From NCBI GenBank assembly GCA_000004985.1, contig GG738875.1: a stretch of 64,000 bases of DNA, one strand, 5' to 3'. The position numbers were made by a program, and so were the translations under genes. Of this stretch, positions 41,220-51,651 are shown in pieces (the first letter of the stretch is position 1; every line of letters begins with the position of its first letter). The notes beneath the pieces were generated by a model. That model had not been told where the DNA came from and made no database searches. It saw only the letters and a list, made by a program, of their open reading frames with translations. This stretch comes from Naegleria gruberi. Taxonomy: Eukaryota.

Positions 41220-42029
41220 TTATAATTTTGATTTTGCATGACCAATTTGATTGTAAGAAATATCAAGTGATGTTAATTGTTTCATTTCACTTATGAATTT
41301 GGCTCCTTCATTATCAATTTCATTGCTACTAATATTAAGTAATGTTAATTGTTTCATTTCACTTATGAATTTGGCTCCTTCATCACCAATTTGATTGTTA
41401 GAAATATCAAGTGATGTTAATTGTTTCATTTCACTTATGAATTTGGCCCCTTCATCATCAATTTCATTGCTACTAATATTAAGTAATGTTAATTGTTTCA
41501 TTTCAGTTATGAATTTGGCTCCTTCAATACCAATTTGATTGTTAGAAATATCAAGTGATGTTAATTGTTTCATTTCAGTTATCGATTTAGCTCCTTCATC
41601 ACCAATTCGATTGCAACCTATATTAAGTGATGTTAATTGTTTCATTTCACTTATGAATTTGGTGTTTTCTATGTCACCAAGCAACCAACCAGAAAAATTA
41701 AGATTAACAATACTATTCACGAATTGACTTTTTCTGAATAGTTCAATTCTTTTCTCTGTAAACTTTTTTTTAAATTCAATTACAAGTTTTGAACGTTCCT
41801 TGATCACATTAAAGAATTGTTTTGAAATTAAAGAACAATTATTCAAAATAAACCATGAATCATCAATCATGGAAATTATTTCAAAGCAAACATCATCCGA
41901 AAATATTTCAATCTTCATCTCCATATTGTTATGATTGATCACAATTATTAATATTAATATTATTAGTATTCTTATATATTTGATATAGTTTGTTGTAACT
42001 TGTTTGTTCTTTGCTTTTCGACTTGACAC
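41220..42029 (-). CDS. F-box / leucine-rich-repeat protein (ribonuclease-inhibitor-type 24-aa LRRs), copy 1 with 7 LRR units.
   Basis: N-terminal F-box-like DDVCFEIISMIDDSWFILNNCSLISKQFFNVI. Tandem units EMKQLTSLDISNNQIGDEGAKFIS. The 72-bp DNA periodicity is visible at 41100-41650. Confidence 0.65.
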   Translation of the reverse strand: MSSRKAKNKQVTTNYIKYIRILIILILIIVINHNNMEMKIEIFSDDVCFEIISMIDDSWFILNNCSLISKQFFNVIKERSKLVIEFKKKFTEKRIELFRKSQFVNSIVNLNFSGWLLGDIENTKFISEMKQLTSLNIGCNRIGDEGAKSITEMKQLTSLDISNNQIGIEGAKFITEMKQLTLLNISSNEIDDEGAKFISEMKQLTSLDISNNQIGDEGAKFISEMKQLTLLNISSNEIDNEGAKFISEMKQLTSLDISYNQIGHAKSKL

Positions 42030-42763
42030 CTTCTTGATATTTGCTTTTAAATATTTTTTTTGGTTCTAAACTCGAAGAGGAAATGATTCGTGATAATTTT
42101 TCTGGATCGCTGACTTCAAATGATTGGTAAGGTGACACAATATCCAACCATTATCTGTGGATATGAAGTAATATTTCAGATCGTTGTCAGCATTTTTCCT
42201 CAGTGAATCTGTAGTTTCACTCTTGAGAGCCTTATTTATCATTGCTCATGCGAAGAGGAGCTTTGAACAATAGGAGAGGTAGAAATGACAAACCTACAGA
42301 CAGATGCCATCCTTTCCACGTGACATATATCAACTGGAGATGAAAGCACTTGTGTGTCAAAACACCATAATCTAAATCTTAATTCTGAGCTAACCACCCC
42401 TTTCAATTGTTTTGAACACTGAGTAATAATTACTGGTAATAAATAGCTGAATTGGTCAAAATTTAGAAAAGATTCAACACTGCTTCCCATTGAATTTTCA
42501 AAACAATTGTCATTATTAATAAAATCCAATTTAAACATGTCAATCCGTCCTACCAAAGATGGAGATCAAGTTATCAATTCACATACTGGTTAGCCGTTCT
42601 TGTTCAATTACCAAATTATTTCACATGATTCAAAAAACATCAGTGATTAAAATTTACCTGTAGTTCTGACAGAGGCAAATTAGTCAACAAGAATGTCAAA
42701 TGTCTACATCATTTCATTCACAAAAAAATATCAACAAAATAGCAACATCAAAAACACATCAAA

Positions 42764-43003
42764 ATGGGTAACGGTATTTCTAGAGACGAAATGAAACAGC
42801 TTCAAGAGCAAACTAAAAATCGTTTGACCAAGAAGGACATTCAACGTTATCACAAATTCTGGCATGAGCTCTACCCAAGTGGTGACATGACAAGAGAAGG
42901 TTTCAGTAAATTTGCACAAATTGCTCTTCCAAGTGCTCCTCCAGATGCTGATGTTGAATACTTGTTCAGAGCCATGGATGCTAACAAGGATGGTACTATT
43001 ACT
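42764..43003 (+). CDS. Exon 1 of the duplicated EF-hand (NCS/calcineurin-B-like) gene, copy 1. Truncated by the scaffold gap.
   Basis: Identical to 46939-47178. Followed by a GTAAGT donor and then N's. Confidence 0.4.
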
Positions 43004-43069
43004 GTAAGTGTGTTATATATTTTGAAATAGTAGTGGTTTTTACGCTAATTGATGATGATGATTTTGATA

Positions 43070-43684
43070 TTATNNNNNNNNNNNNNNNNNNNNNNNNNNN
43101 NNNNNNNNNNNNNNNNNNNNNNNCTTGTCTGTTTTGAAATGGTAGACTTGTGCCCTTTGTGCCTCCAATGTATAATAGAATAATGTTAATGTGCTGAATT
43201 TTTGTTCGAGAATGTCCTTTGAAATGTAACTCACTAATTGAGGTTTGTGGACCCAATAGGCAAGCGTGTGACTAGTGGCATTCACAAATGGTTGTTTGTT
43301 TTTCTTAAATCTATCACTGATATTTGCTTCAGTTTCTTGTATGTCGGCTCCTCTTAGAAACTTCAAATCAGATCCCTTAAAATTGTCTAAAAGAAGGAAA
43401 ATCGCTTTAGTAAAGTCAAGGCTCATTCCTCCCTCAACAAGACCAAGCATTAAAACTTTGCAAAAAGTTAAAGAGTCCCACAAATGATAATTTTCAAAAT
43501 AAATCCTCTCGGAGTTTTTTTCTATTGTAGATTGCATTGTATTATTTACTTCTTTTGAGGATTGAGTTGTGGTGTTGTTCCTTTCTGTTGCGGTTTGGCT
43601 TTCATTGTTTTGAGTTGTGTTGAAGAGAAATATTAAAAAAGCGATGAATGCAATAAACAAAATCAAATAGTCTGTTAAGGTCAT
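43070..43684 (-). CDS. Hypothetical signal-anchor membrane protein (copy 2). C-terminus runs into gap 43074-43123.
   Basis: Identical to copy 1 except for a few substitutions and an indel near the 3' end. Confidence 0.35.
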   Translation of the reverse strand: MTLTDYLILFIAFIAFLIFLFNTTQNNESQTATERNNTTTQSSKEVNNTMQSTIEKNSERIYFENYHLWDSLTFCKVLMLGLVEGGMSLDFTKAIFLLLDNFKGSDLKFLRGADIQETEANISDRFKKNKQPFVNATSHTLAYWVHKPQLVSYISKDILEQKFSTLTLFYYTLEAQRAQVYHFKTDKXXXXXXXXXXXXXXXXX

Positions 43685-44308
43685 TTTTTACATATTCTCC
43701 CATAAAAAATTGTTAGAACAAAGCACATCCTCCATATTAAGACAAAATCTAGCACATTTATCATGCAATTTTATTGCAGTCTGTGAGTGAAGTAAATATG
43801 ATAAATTGCCACTCTCTATACGTTAGAATTCAACGTCGTGGACTCTTGCTCAGTTCCAGAGGATTGTGAAACTTGGAATTATTGCTTCCTGTGTGTCAAA
43901 ACACCATAATCCAAGTCATAATTGTGGTTGTTAAAAGGGAGGGTGGTATGTGGATCGGAAGTTCAAATACTCTAATGAACAATCATAAACGACAAAATTT
44001 CGAAAATAATATCATCATGAAAAAGGTTAAATACTGTACAAGCTCCTTCCTAGTTCGTGTTGGTGTTTTTTAATAATGTATCGGGTGAGATTTCACTTAC
44101 TGTAGTCGTTGGATTATCTACACACGAGGTATACATTTGAATTTCCAACATTTAAACCCCACCAACTCCAAAACTTGCTTGAAATTCCGCTCACTCTTCC
44201 ATTAAGATTCAAAATTAAGGAGTAGATTAGTAGCCGATTAAGGTCACCATCTACAGCTCAAATATAAAGCTGATTGGAAACCAGGTAACAATACTCCATA
44301 TCGAAAAA

Positions 44309-44919
44309 ATGTTCAAATTCAACACCATCTATCTTTTAGTTGTTGTGGTAACTCTTTTCATCGCTTTGATAAACAACAATTCTCATGTCAATGCTCTTCA
44401 GTTGCAAACAAGAGCAAATTCCACATGTCAAGTTATGATTAACGGAGCAGAAGTTAATATTGCATCCATCGATAGACCAAAAGGATATTTTATCATTGCA
44501 AGATCTGATCATAATATCAAGTTCCTTCTGTAAGTTGTTTCGTTATGTGACATTTGCTTAATGTGTGAAAATGTAGTAATCTTTGTAATGCTTCTCCTAA
44601 TCCATATTACTGGAATTCACTTTGTAAATTCCCAGCTAAATCTGCTGGATATCAATTCGCTTTTGAATATAATCTTTGTTATTCACTTTCAACTCCAGAA
44701 AATCCAAAAGTTTCTTACAATAGTGAAACTACAACAGTTACCATTACTCATCCTCCAAGTGTTATCAACAGAGATGGAGTTTCAAGACAAATGGAAGTTA
44801 GCTTAGTGTGTGATAGAAATTCAAGTTTGTGGCCAGAATTGGATTTCGAAGGAGAACAAAACAGATATGGAGTTGTTGTCTATCGTTTCTCTGGAAAGAC
44901 AAGTTATATTTGTCATTAA
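44309..44919 (+). CDS. MRH-domain-like small secreted protein, intact copy: join(44309..44529, 44577..44919).
   Basis: Signal peptide MFKFNTIYLLVVVVTLFIALI. 47-nt intron with GTAAGT donor and TGTAG acceptor. Cys spacing STCQV...FLLNLC...NLCYS...LVCDR...YIC and the GYQFAFEYNLC motif fit an MRH fold. Confidence 0.45.
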
Positions 44920-45246
44920 TGAATCCTTTGCTGATAAAGATCTTTCAATTTGTTAGATTATTGACTTTTCTAATTGTTGGTTTACTTTTCGTATTATCCA
45001 TGTTGGAAAATTCACCATTAGTGAATTTTATTGATGGTTTGATGATGATCATATAGATATTTACCTTAATGATCGGAAGTGAATTTGCTGGTGATCTTTA
45101 TCATAAACGCTATTCCAAAATGATGATGAGTTCAGTGATGATGTAGAGGAGTGGAAAGTGAGTAGAGAGCAATCATTTTGTTTCTACATTGCTGTTGTTG
45201 ATTTTGTAGCAGTTGTTTATTGCTTCCCAAGGAAAAAATTGATCAA

Positions 45247-46203
45247 TTATGGCTTAATTTTTGATTTTGCATGACCAATTTGATTGTAAGAAATATCAAG
45301 TGATGTTAATTGTTTCATTTCACTTATGAATTTGGCTCCTTCATTATCAATTTCATTGCTACTAATATTAAGTAATGTTAATTGTTTCATTTCACTTATG
45401 AATTTGGCTCCTTCATCACCAATTTGATTGTTAGAAATATCAAGTGATGTTAATTGTTTCATTTCACTTATGAATTTGGCCCCTTCATCATCAATTTCAT
45501 TGCTACTAATATTAAGTAATGTTAATTGTTTCATTTCACTTATGAATTTGGCTCCCTCAACACCAATTTCATTGCTACTAATATTAAGTAATGTTAATTG
45601 TTTCATTTCACTTATGAATTTGGCCCCTTCAACACCAATTTGATTGCTAGAAATTTTAATTGATGTTAATTGTTTCATTTCAGTTATGAATTTGGCTCCT
45701 TCAATACCAATTTGATTGTTAGAAATATCAAGTGATGTTAATTGTTTCATTTCAGTTATCGATTTAGCTCCTTCATCACCAATTCGATTGCAACCTATAT
45801 TAAGTGATGTTAATTGTTTCATTTCACTTATGAATTTGGTGTTTTCTATGTCACCAAGCAACCAACCAGAAAAATTAAGATTAACAATACTATTCACGAA
45901 TTGACTTTTTCTGAATAGTTCAATTCTTTTCTCTGTAAACTTTTTTTTAAATTCAATTACAAGTTTTGAACGTTCCTTGATCACATTAAAGAATTGTTTT
46001 GAAATTAAAGAACAATTATTCAAAATAAACCATGAATCATCAATCATGGAAATTATTTCAAAGCAAACATCATCCGAAAATATTTCAATCTTCATCTCCA
46101 TATTGTTATGATTGATCACAATTATTAATATTAATATTAGTATTCTTATATATTTGATATAGTTTGTTGTAACTTGTTTGTTCTTTGCTTTTCGACTTGA
46201 CAC
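45247..46203 (-). CDS. F-box / leucine-rich-repeat protein, copy 2 with 9 LRR units.
   Basis: Same as copy 1 with two extra 24-aa LRR units (318 vs 269 aa). Confidence 0.65.
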   Translation of the reverse strand: MSSRKAKNKQVTTNYIKYIRILILILIIVINHNNMEMKIEIFSDDVCFEIISMIDDSWFILNNCSLISKQFFNVIKERSKLVIEFKKKFTEKRIELFRKSQFVNSIVNLNFSGWLLGDIENTKFISEMKQLTSLNIGCNRIGDEGAKSITEMKQLTSLDISNNQIGIEGAKFITEMKQLTSIKISSNQIGVEGAKFISEMKQLTLLNISSNEIGVEGAKFISEMKQLTLLNISSNEIDDEGAKFISEMKQLTSLDISNNQIGDEGAKFISEMKQLTLLNISSNEIDNEGAKFISEMKQLTSLDISYNQIGHAKSKIKP

Positions 46204-46938
46204 CTTCTTGATATTTGCTTTTAAATATTTTTTTTGGTTCTAAACTAGAGAAGGAAATGATTCGTGATAATTTTTCTGGATCGCTGACTTCAAATGATTG
46301 GTTAGGTGATACAATATCCAACCATTATCTGTGGATATGAAGTAATATTTCAGATCTTTGTTGAGGACTCAGCATTTTTCCTCAGTGAATCTGTAGTTTC
46401 ACTCTTGAGAGCCTTATTTATCATTGCTCATGCGAAGAGGAGCTTTGAACAATAGGAGAGGTAGAAATGACAAACCTACAGACAGATGCCATCCTTTCCA
46501 CGTGACATATATCAACTGGAGATGAAAGCACTTGTGTGTCAAGACACCATAATCTAAATCTTAATTCTGAGCTAACCACCCCTTTCAATTGTTTTGAACA
46601 CTGAGTAATAATTACTGGAAATAATATATAGCTGAATTGGTCAAAATTTAAAAAAGATTCAACACTGCTTCCCATTGAATTTTCAAAACAATTATATCCA
46701 ATATAAACATGTCAATCCGTCCTACCAAAGATGGAGATCAAGTTGATATCAATTCACATACTGGTTAGCCGTTCTTGTTCAATTACCAAATTATTTCACA
46801 TGATTCAAAAAACATCAGTGATTAAAATTTACCTGTAGTTCTGACAGAGGCAAATTAGTCAACAAGAATGTCAAATGTCTACATCATTTCATTCACAAAA
46901 AAATATCAACAAAATAGCAACATCAAAAACACATCAAA

Positions 46939-47973
46939 ATGGGTAACGGTATTTCTAGAGACGAAATGAAACAGCTTCAAGAGCAAACTAAAAATCGTTT
47001 GACCAAGAAGGACATTCAACGTTATCACAAATTCTGGCATGAGCTCTACCCAAGTGGTGACATGACAAGAGAAGGTTTCAGTAAATTTGCACAAATTGCT
47101 CTTCCAAGTGCTCCTCCAGATGCTGATGTTGAATACTTGTTCAGAGCCATGGATGCTAACAAGGATGGTACTATTACTGTAAGTGTGTTATATATTTTGA
47201 AATAGTAGTGGTTTTTACGCTAATTGATGATGATGATTTTGATATTATTATTTGTGTGTATGATGTGTTATAATTTCTTGTTATTGTTGATGTAAATTTG
47301 ATATGATTTGATATATGATCATGGAATATTTCGTTATTATGTTGTTATGAATTGTTTAAAATTATTAATTGGAATGTTAATGATGCAATACGTAATTTTA
47401 CATAACGATCATCATGATGAACTTCTACACTAATTATTACCATTGCTACCACTTGAATATTTTGCATTGATTGTATATATATGAATATTTATAATCGTTT
47501 AATAATAACACATTGATCAAACTCTTCCGAAAACACTCTACAATTCAGTTCAAAGAATTCCTCTTCTTCCAATCTATCACTGCTCCAACAACACAACCTC
47601 TTCAATTCCATGAATTAATTGATTTGGCCTTTGATATGTACGATGAAGACAATGATGGGTATGTTTTTACATCTATTTAACTAATTAATCAATACAATAT
47701 ATATTATTAATATTATCATCATCAATTCATCATCATCAAAATACAACAACAATTATATATAGCTTTGTAACTGCCGAAGAAATGAGAGACAGTTTAAGGA
47801 ACATGTTCAAGGCTAAGGGCATGAATGTAAACTCTTCAGAAATTGAGGGAACCATCAATACTCGTATTGAAAATCTGCTCAAGATTGCCGATAGTAATGG
47901 TGATGGAAAACTCACCCGAGATGAAATTGTTAAGGCTTGCCAAAAAGATCCATCTCTCTTGGTCTTGTTCTAA
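46939..47973 (+). CDS. Neuronal-calcium-sensor / calcineurin-B-like EF-hand protein, three exons: join(46939..47178, 47549..47658, 47763..47973), 186 aa.
   Basis: N-myristoylation-type start MGNGIS. Three canonical EF loops DANKDGTITFKEF, DEDNDGFVTAEEM, DSNGDGKLTRDEI. GTAAGT/GTATGT donors and AG acceptors preserve the frame. Confidence 0.6.
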
Positions 47974-48133
47974 TTTTTTTTTAAAAACAAACTTGTAAAA
48001 TCATGAATAAATTAAATAATTTCTCTTTTTGGATTATTTAATATTTATGGAAATTTGTAAATTCATTGTAAACTCAAAACCATTTGGAATGAAAAATTAA
48101 ATTTTTATTAATAAATTACGACTATTCCAACAA

Positions 48134-50515
48134 TTATTTAACGAACTTAGTCTTTCTCATATTTCTCACAATATTCGAAATAGGATAAACTCTCTCAACA
48201 GTGCAAGTCTTGGTTGTTGCCTTCATTTGAATTGCAAAACTCTTAAAGTTGAATTTTGCATCACACAACAAGTAGAATTCAACTTTACAATAGTCAGTTT
48301 CCAATACTTTCATTGGAACTCGTTCCTTCTTTTGACTTTCATAATCAAAGATCAATTCAGATAATTCATAACTATTCTCTGCACTCAATGATTTACCTCT
48401 TCCAGTAACGAACGTGGTCAATTGACCTTCTTTTAATTTGATTCCAGCAAAATATTGTTCCTTATTTAGGGTATCGCTACATTCGTCAAAGAAATCAGTG
48501 GAGAGATTTAAATTTTGATTAGTTTGGAATTCTTCTCTTGTTTTCACAACGAGATCGGTGGTTACATAGATTGCCTTGAGGGATTTAGTTCCACCATTCG
48601 TATCTTGGTATGAGATTCGAATAGTGAGTGGATAAGGCAAACTATCTGGAGGTCTAATCATGGCTCTAGCAGAGGTTGGACATGGATCTTCACTATTAGT
48701 TCTAATTAACGAATTGATGTGGTAATAGGACGAAACTTCACCTGGTTTCAAACTTAATGTCAATCCCCAAATATATTTACCATAATAATCGCTCTTCTCA
48801 AAGACAACCTCTTCAGAAAATGGAGCAACTCTTCTGGCAACGAGATCAGGTTCCCAATATCCAACTTGAGTATCCTCCATGGCAATCCATTCCTCTTTAG
48901 AATTAAGATATTCGACCTTAAACTTTTCAAGGGTGATTGCTTGAGAGGAAGAATTTCCAAATGCTAAATTCTGAATTTTGAATTGAGTACTTCCAACAGA
49001 TTGCTTAATTTCATAAATGGATGATCTGATGGTTGGATCCAGTGAGGTAAAACTTGGATGAAGATAGAAACCAACTACTGAACTACCTTCATCAGGATAG
49101 TTGACAATTAAGGAAGGATCATTGTTAACTTGTTGTAAAGCAGTTTTTCCTTCATCGATTGGTTTGTAATTCTCCTTGATATGGTCTTCATAATACTTGG
49201 CAAGTCCATCAAAATCATTTGGTCTGTCACTTTCCAATTGACTTCCCAAGGGAACTAAAGATCCTGATTTGGTTTTTGCTGCAACAAATGGACCATATCC
49301 ATACATTCTCAAGGTACCAAATAAAATTGGTTTCTTTGATAAAAACTTCCATCCACTAACCTCAATTACACCCTCAGTTGACTCGAGTGAAAATCTATTC
49401 AAATGAGGATAAGCTTTCGTTCCTTTAATAATTCCAAATGAAATCCATTTTCCGTGTTCTGTTGCCTTATAAAAGACTTCAATGTTATTACAAAAAGCAA
49501 CTTGATCAGAATCTGTATAGAGAGCATGAGTAAAATATTCCAAGTATTTGAATTGTTGAGCTTGTTTGTACTCGAAAATCATAACTCCACCAGTTGACAA
49601 GGCACCATACTGAGCAGATTCGTCCAATAAACCCTCCAATGTATTATCAGCTCTATTGGCAGTATCTTCAGGAACCATTAAAAGATCGCCATTGACTTTG
49701 AAAATATCTGGAACAAGAACATTGACCTCACCTGTTTTTTGAACTATTGTGGTAGTGGAGGTAGAGGAAGAGGTGGTGCTACTACTTGAACTTGGTTTAA
49801 CTTGTTCCACAATTGGTTTTTCTTGATTGGTGGTTGAGGAATTTTTGTCAACCTTGGAATTTGGTTTGCTAGTGGTCTTGTTTGATTGCTTACTACTTGG
49901 TGTAACTGAAGAAGAACCTTGAGACTTAACAGCACCTTTTTTATCCTCAGTTGATTGACTTGGAATTGAGTTGACTTTAGTGTCAGCACCAACCTTTGGT
50001 TTTTTTTCCTTAATAGGAGGATTGGCTAAACCACTATTGGCATTAATTGGAACATATGGAGCATAACCAAATAATCTGAGCATTCCAAAGAAGATTCTGC
50101 TGTATCTATTCTTGAAAAATCTCCAATATTTGGCCTTGACAGGTTTTTCAAATGGAATTGACATGATGGCAGGTTGTGGAATAATTTCCTTTCCATCAAT
50201 GGTTCTCAAAAGTGTCCATTCATCAGACTCATTCACCTTGTATTGAATTTCTACATCTTCTAACATGGCCCTCTGCCAACTGTCACCAACATTTCCACCC
50301 ATAAACTTCATCTCAGTAAAAAGATAGACATCATCATATTCCAATTGAATAAATCTGTTTGAACCCTCACTTGTGCAAGCACCATTCTTACCAATCTTTT
50401 TATCAATTAGTCCGGCAATAGTGTTATCTCCCCAATTACCAACACAGGACATTTTGAGATTTGCAATGGGGATCAAGTTGACTTCCCCTGAAACATACTT
50501 TGGTTCAGTAGACAT
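48134..50515 (-). CDS. Protein with two internally repeated galactose-binding / discoidin (F5/8 type C)-like domains separated by an S/T/P-rich linker.
   Basis: Two ~150-aa segments with similar patterns (NWGDNTIAGLIDKK...FIQLEYDD...W...EDVEIQYKVNESDEWTLL versus ...NTLEGLLDES...MIFEYKQ...NIEVFYKATEHGKWISF). Central TTSSSTSTTT linker. Confidence 0.4.
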   Translation of the reverse strand: MSTEPKYVSGEVNLIPIANLKMSCVGNWGDNTIAGLIDKKIGKNGACTSEGSNRFIQLEYDDVYLFTEMKFMGGNVGDSWQRAMLEDVEIQYKVNESDEWTLLRTIDGKEIIPQPAIMSIPFEKPVKAKYWRFFKNRYSRIFFGMLRLFGYAPYVPINANSGLANPPIKEKKPKVGADTKVNSIPSQSTEDKKGAVKSQGSSSVTPSSKQSNKTTSKPNSKVDKNSSTTNQEKPIVEQVKPSSSSSTTSSSTSTTTIVQKTGEVNVLVPDIFKVNGDLLMVPEDTANRADNTLEGLLDESAQYGALSTGGVMIFEYKQAQQFKYLEYFTHALYTDSDQVAFCNNIEVFYKATEHGKWISFGIIKGTKAYPHLNRFSLESTEGVIEVSGWKFLSKKPILFGTLRMYGYGPFVAAKTKSGSLVPLGSQLESDRPNDFDGLAKYYEDHIKENYKPIDEGKTALQQVNNDPSLIVNYPDEGSSVVGFYLHPSFTSLDPTIRSSIYEIKQSVGSTQFKIQNLAFGNSSSQAITLEKFKVEYLNSKEEWIAMEDTQVGYWEPDLVARRVAPFSEEVVFEKSDYYGKYIWGLTLSLKPGEVSSYYHINSLIRTNSEDPCPTSARAMIRPPDSLPYPLTIRISYQDTNGGTKSLKAIYVTTDLVVKTREEFQTNQNLNLSTDFFDECSDTLNKEQYFAGIKLKEGQLTTFVTGRGKSLSAENSYELSELIFDYESQKKERVPMKVLETDYCKVEFYLLCDAKFNFKSFAIQMKATTKTCTVERVYPISNIVRNMRKTKFVK

Positions 50516-50967
50516 TGTTTGTTTTTTTTTGTTGCGTAGTTAGTATACGAAACTGAACTATTTAACGGTCCAAACAAATATCGTGTGGATTCATCCGAAC
50601 TTGAGTATCTCTTGTAAGTTTCTTCGTGTTCTTGAAACCGTCACTGAGCAATTAATAGAATTGGAGGAGTAACAACAAACAGTTACTAACACTCCTGAAC
50701 TGGAACAAAAACATGATATTTCCCTTTGTCGTGATAGGGTTTTTCAATTTTGGTTTCATTAGTTTGTAGTAGTATTAATAGTTTCTCGAATCAGGCAAGC
50801 GCATTGCATTGTTTTGTAAACATGGTTTTAATTGCAATTCGACATTGAGTGTGTTAAATTATCACGACTTGCAACTCTATTTTTGAAAAAGACAATTTAA
50901 GAATTTAAAGTAATTCTAGAATAAACATTTGTTTAATATATTGTACAATTGTTAAATAAATAATAAA

Positions 50968-51651
50968 TTAATAATAACGAGGTTGTTGATAGACAGGTGG
51001 TTGAGGAGGTTGATAAACACTTGTAGTTGGTTGACCAAAAGGTTGAGGTGGTGGCATGTTAGAATTATAAGAATTTGGTTGATAAACACTTGTAGTTGGT
51101 TGACCATAAGGTTGTGGATTATAAACTTGTGGTTGAGGTTGATAATAACTTGGTTGTTGTGATGGAATTGGTTGATAATAGGAAGGTTGTGGTTGTTGAT
51201 ATGTAATATTTTGTTGATAAGTAACTGTTTGTTGTTGTGGAGGTGGTTGATACATTGGTTGAGAATGGGTTGGAACTTGTTGATAAGTTGTAATAGATTG
51301 AGTTGGTTGTTGTTGATATTGGGTTGTTGTGACAGTAACAGTTTGATTTGGTTGGAGTGAGAATGAAGATGGATACATAACTCCACTCATTCCTCTAAAT
51401 CCACATTGTGACAATCCACCTGACATGACAAACAAGTAGGCATTGATAAATTCATCAAGAGTAATCACTCCATTTCTATCAGTATCCATCATAAAGAACA
51501 AGTGCTTGGATTGATGTTTGTGAACACCTAAACATCTCATGGCCAACTTGAAACTTCTCTTATTCAAATAGGTCAATCCCATAGAGTGTTGATAAAAGAG
51601 AGTTTGAGCTTGATTTACCCATGTTCCTCTATTAGAATGATAACTTGATGA
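50968..51651 (-). CDS. EF-hand protein with P/Q/Y-rich C-terminal tail. Possible additional 5' exon at 51808-52012.
   Basis: EF loop DTDRNGVITLDEF. C-terminal tail PQPSYYQP/QQPTTSVYQP repeats. The open frame continues upstream of the first Met to an AG at 51652-51653. Confidence 0.45.
   Translation of the reverse strand, partial: SSSYHSNRGTWVNQAQTLFYQHSMGLTYLNKRSFKLAMRCLGVHKHQSKHLFFMMDTDRNGVITLDEFINAYLFVMSGGLSQCGFRGMSGVMYPSSFSLQPNQTVTVTTTQYQQQPTQSITTYQQVPTHSQPMYQPPPQQQTVTYQQNITYQQPQPSYYQPIPSQQPSYYQPQPQVYNPQPYGQPTTSVYQPNSYNSNMPPPQPFGQPTTSVYQPPQPPVYQQPRYY

Larger units (their letters stand above)
38969..43073. repeat. Copy 1 of a ~4.15-kb tandem segmental duplication. Its downstream end is truncated by scaffold gap 43074-43123.
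   Basis: Near-identical to 43124-47250 at offset +4155, growing to +4175 after indels. Same ORF order in both copies. Confidence 0.85.
43124..47250. repeat. Copy 2 of the ~4.15-kb tandem segmental duplication.
   Basis: See copy 1. Copy 2 has the intact MRH-domain gene, an LRR gene with two extra repeat units, and the complete EF-hand gene. Confidence 0.85.

Noticed and set aside
41100-41700. Regular ~72-bp periodic repeats, also at 45250-45840, that could superficially suggest a CRISPR-like array.
   Set aside because: The repeats are in frame and encode 24-aa leucine-rich repeat units (EMKQLTSLDISNNQIGDEGAKFIS) inside a long ORF. There is no repeat/spacer alternation.
42764-43073. Treating the copy-1 EF-hand exon 1 as an independent short gene (88-aa ORF ending ...VSVLYILK).
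   Set aside because: The ORF tail is intron read-through past a GTAAGT donor. The remainder is lost in the scaffold gap. The complete three-exon gene is in copy 2.
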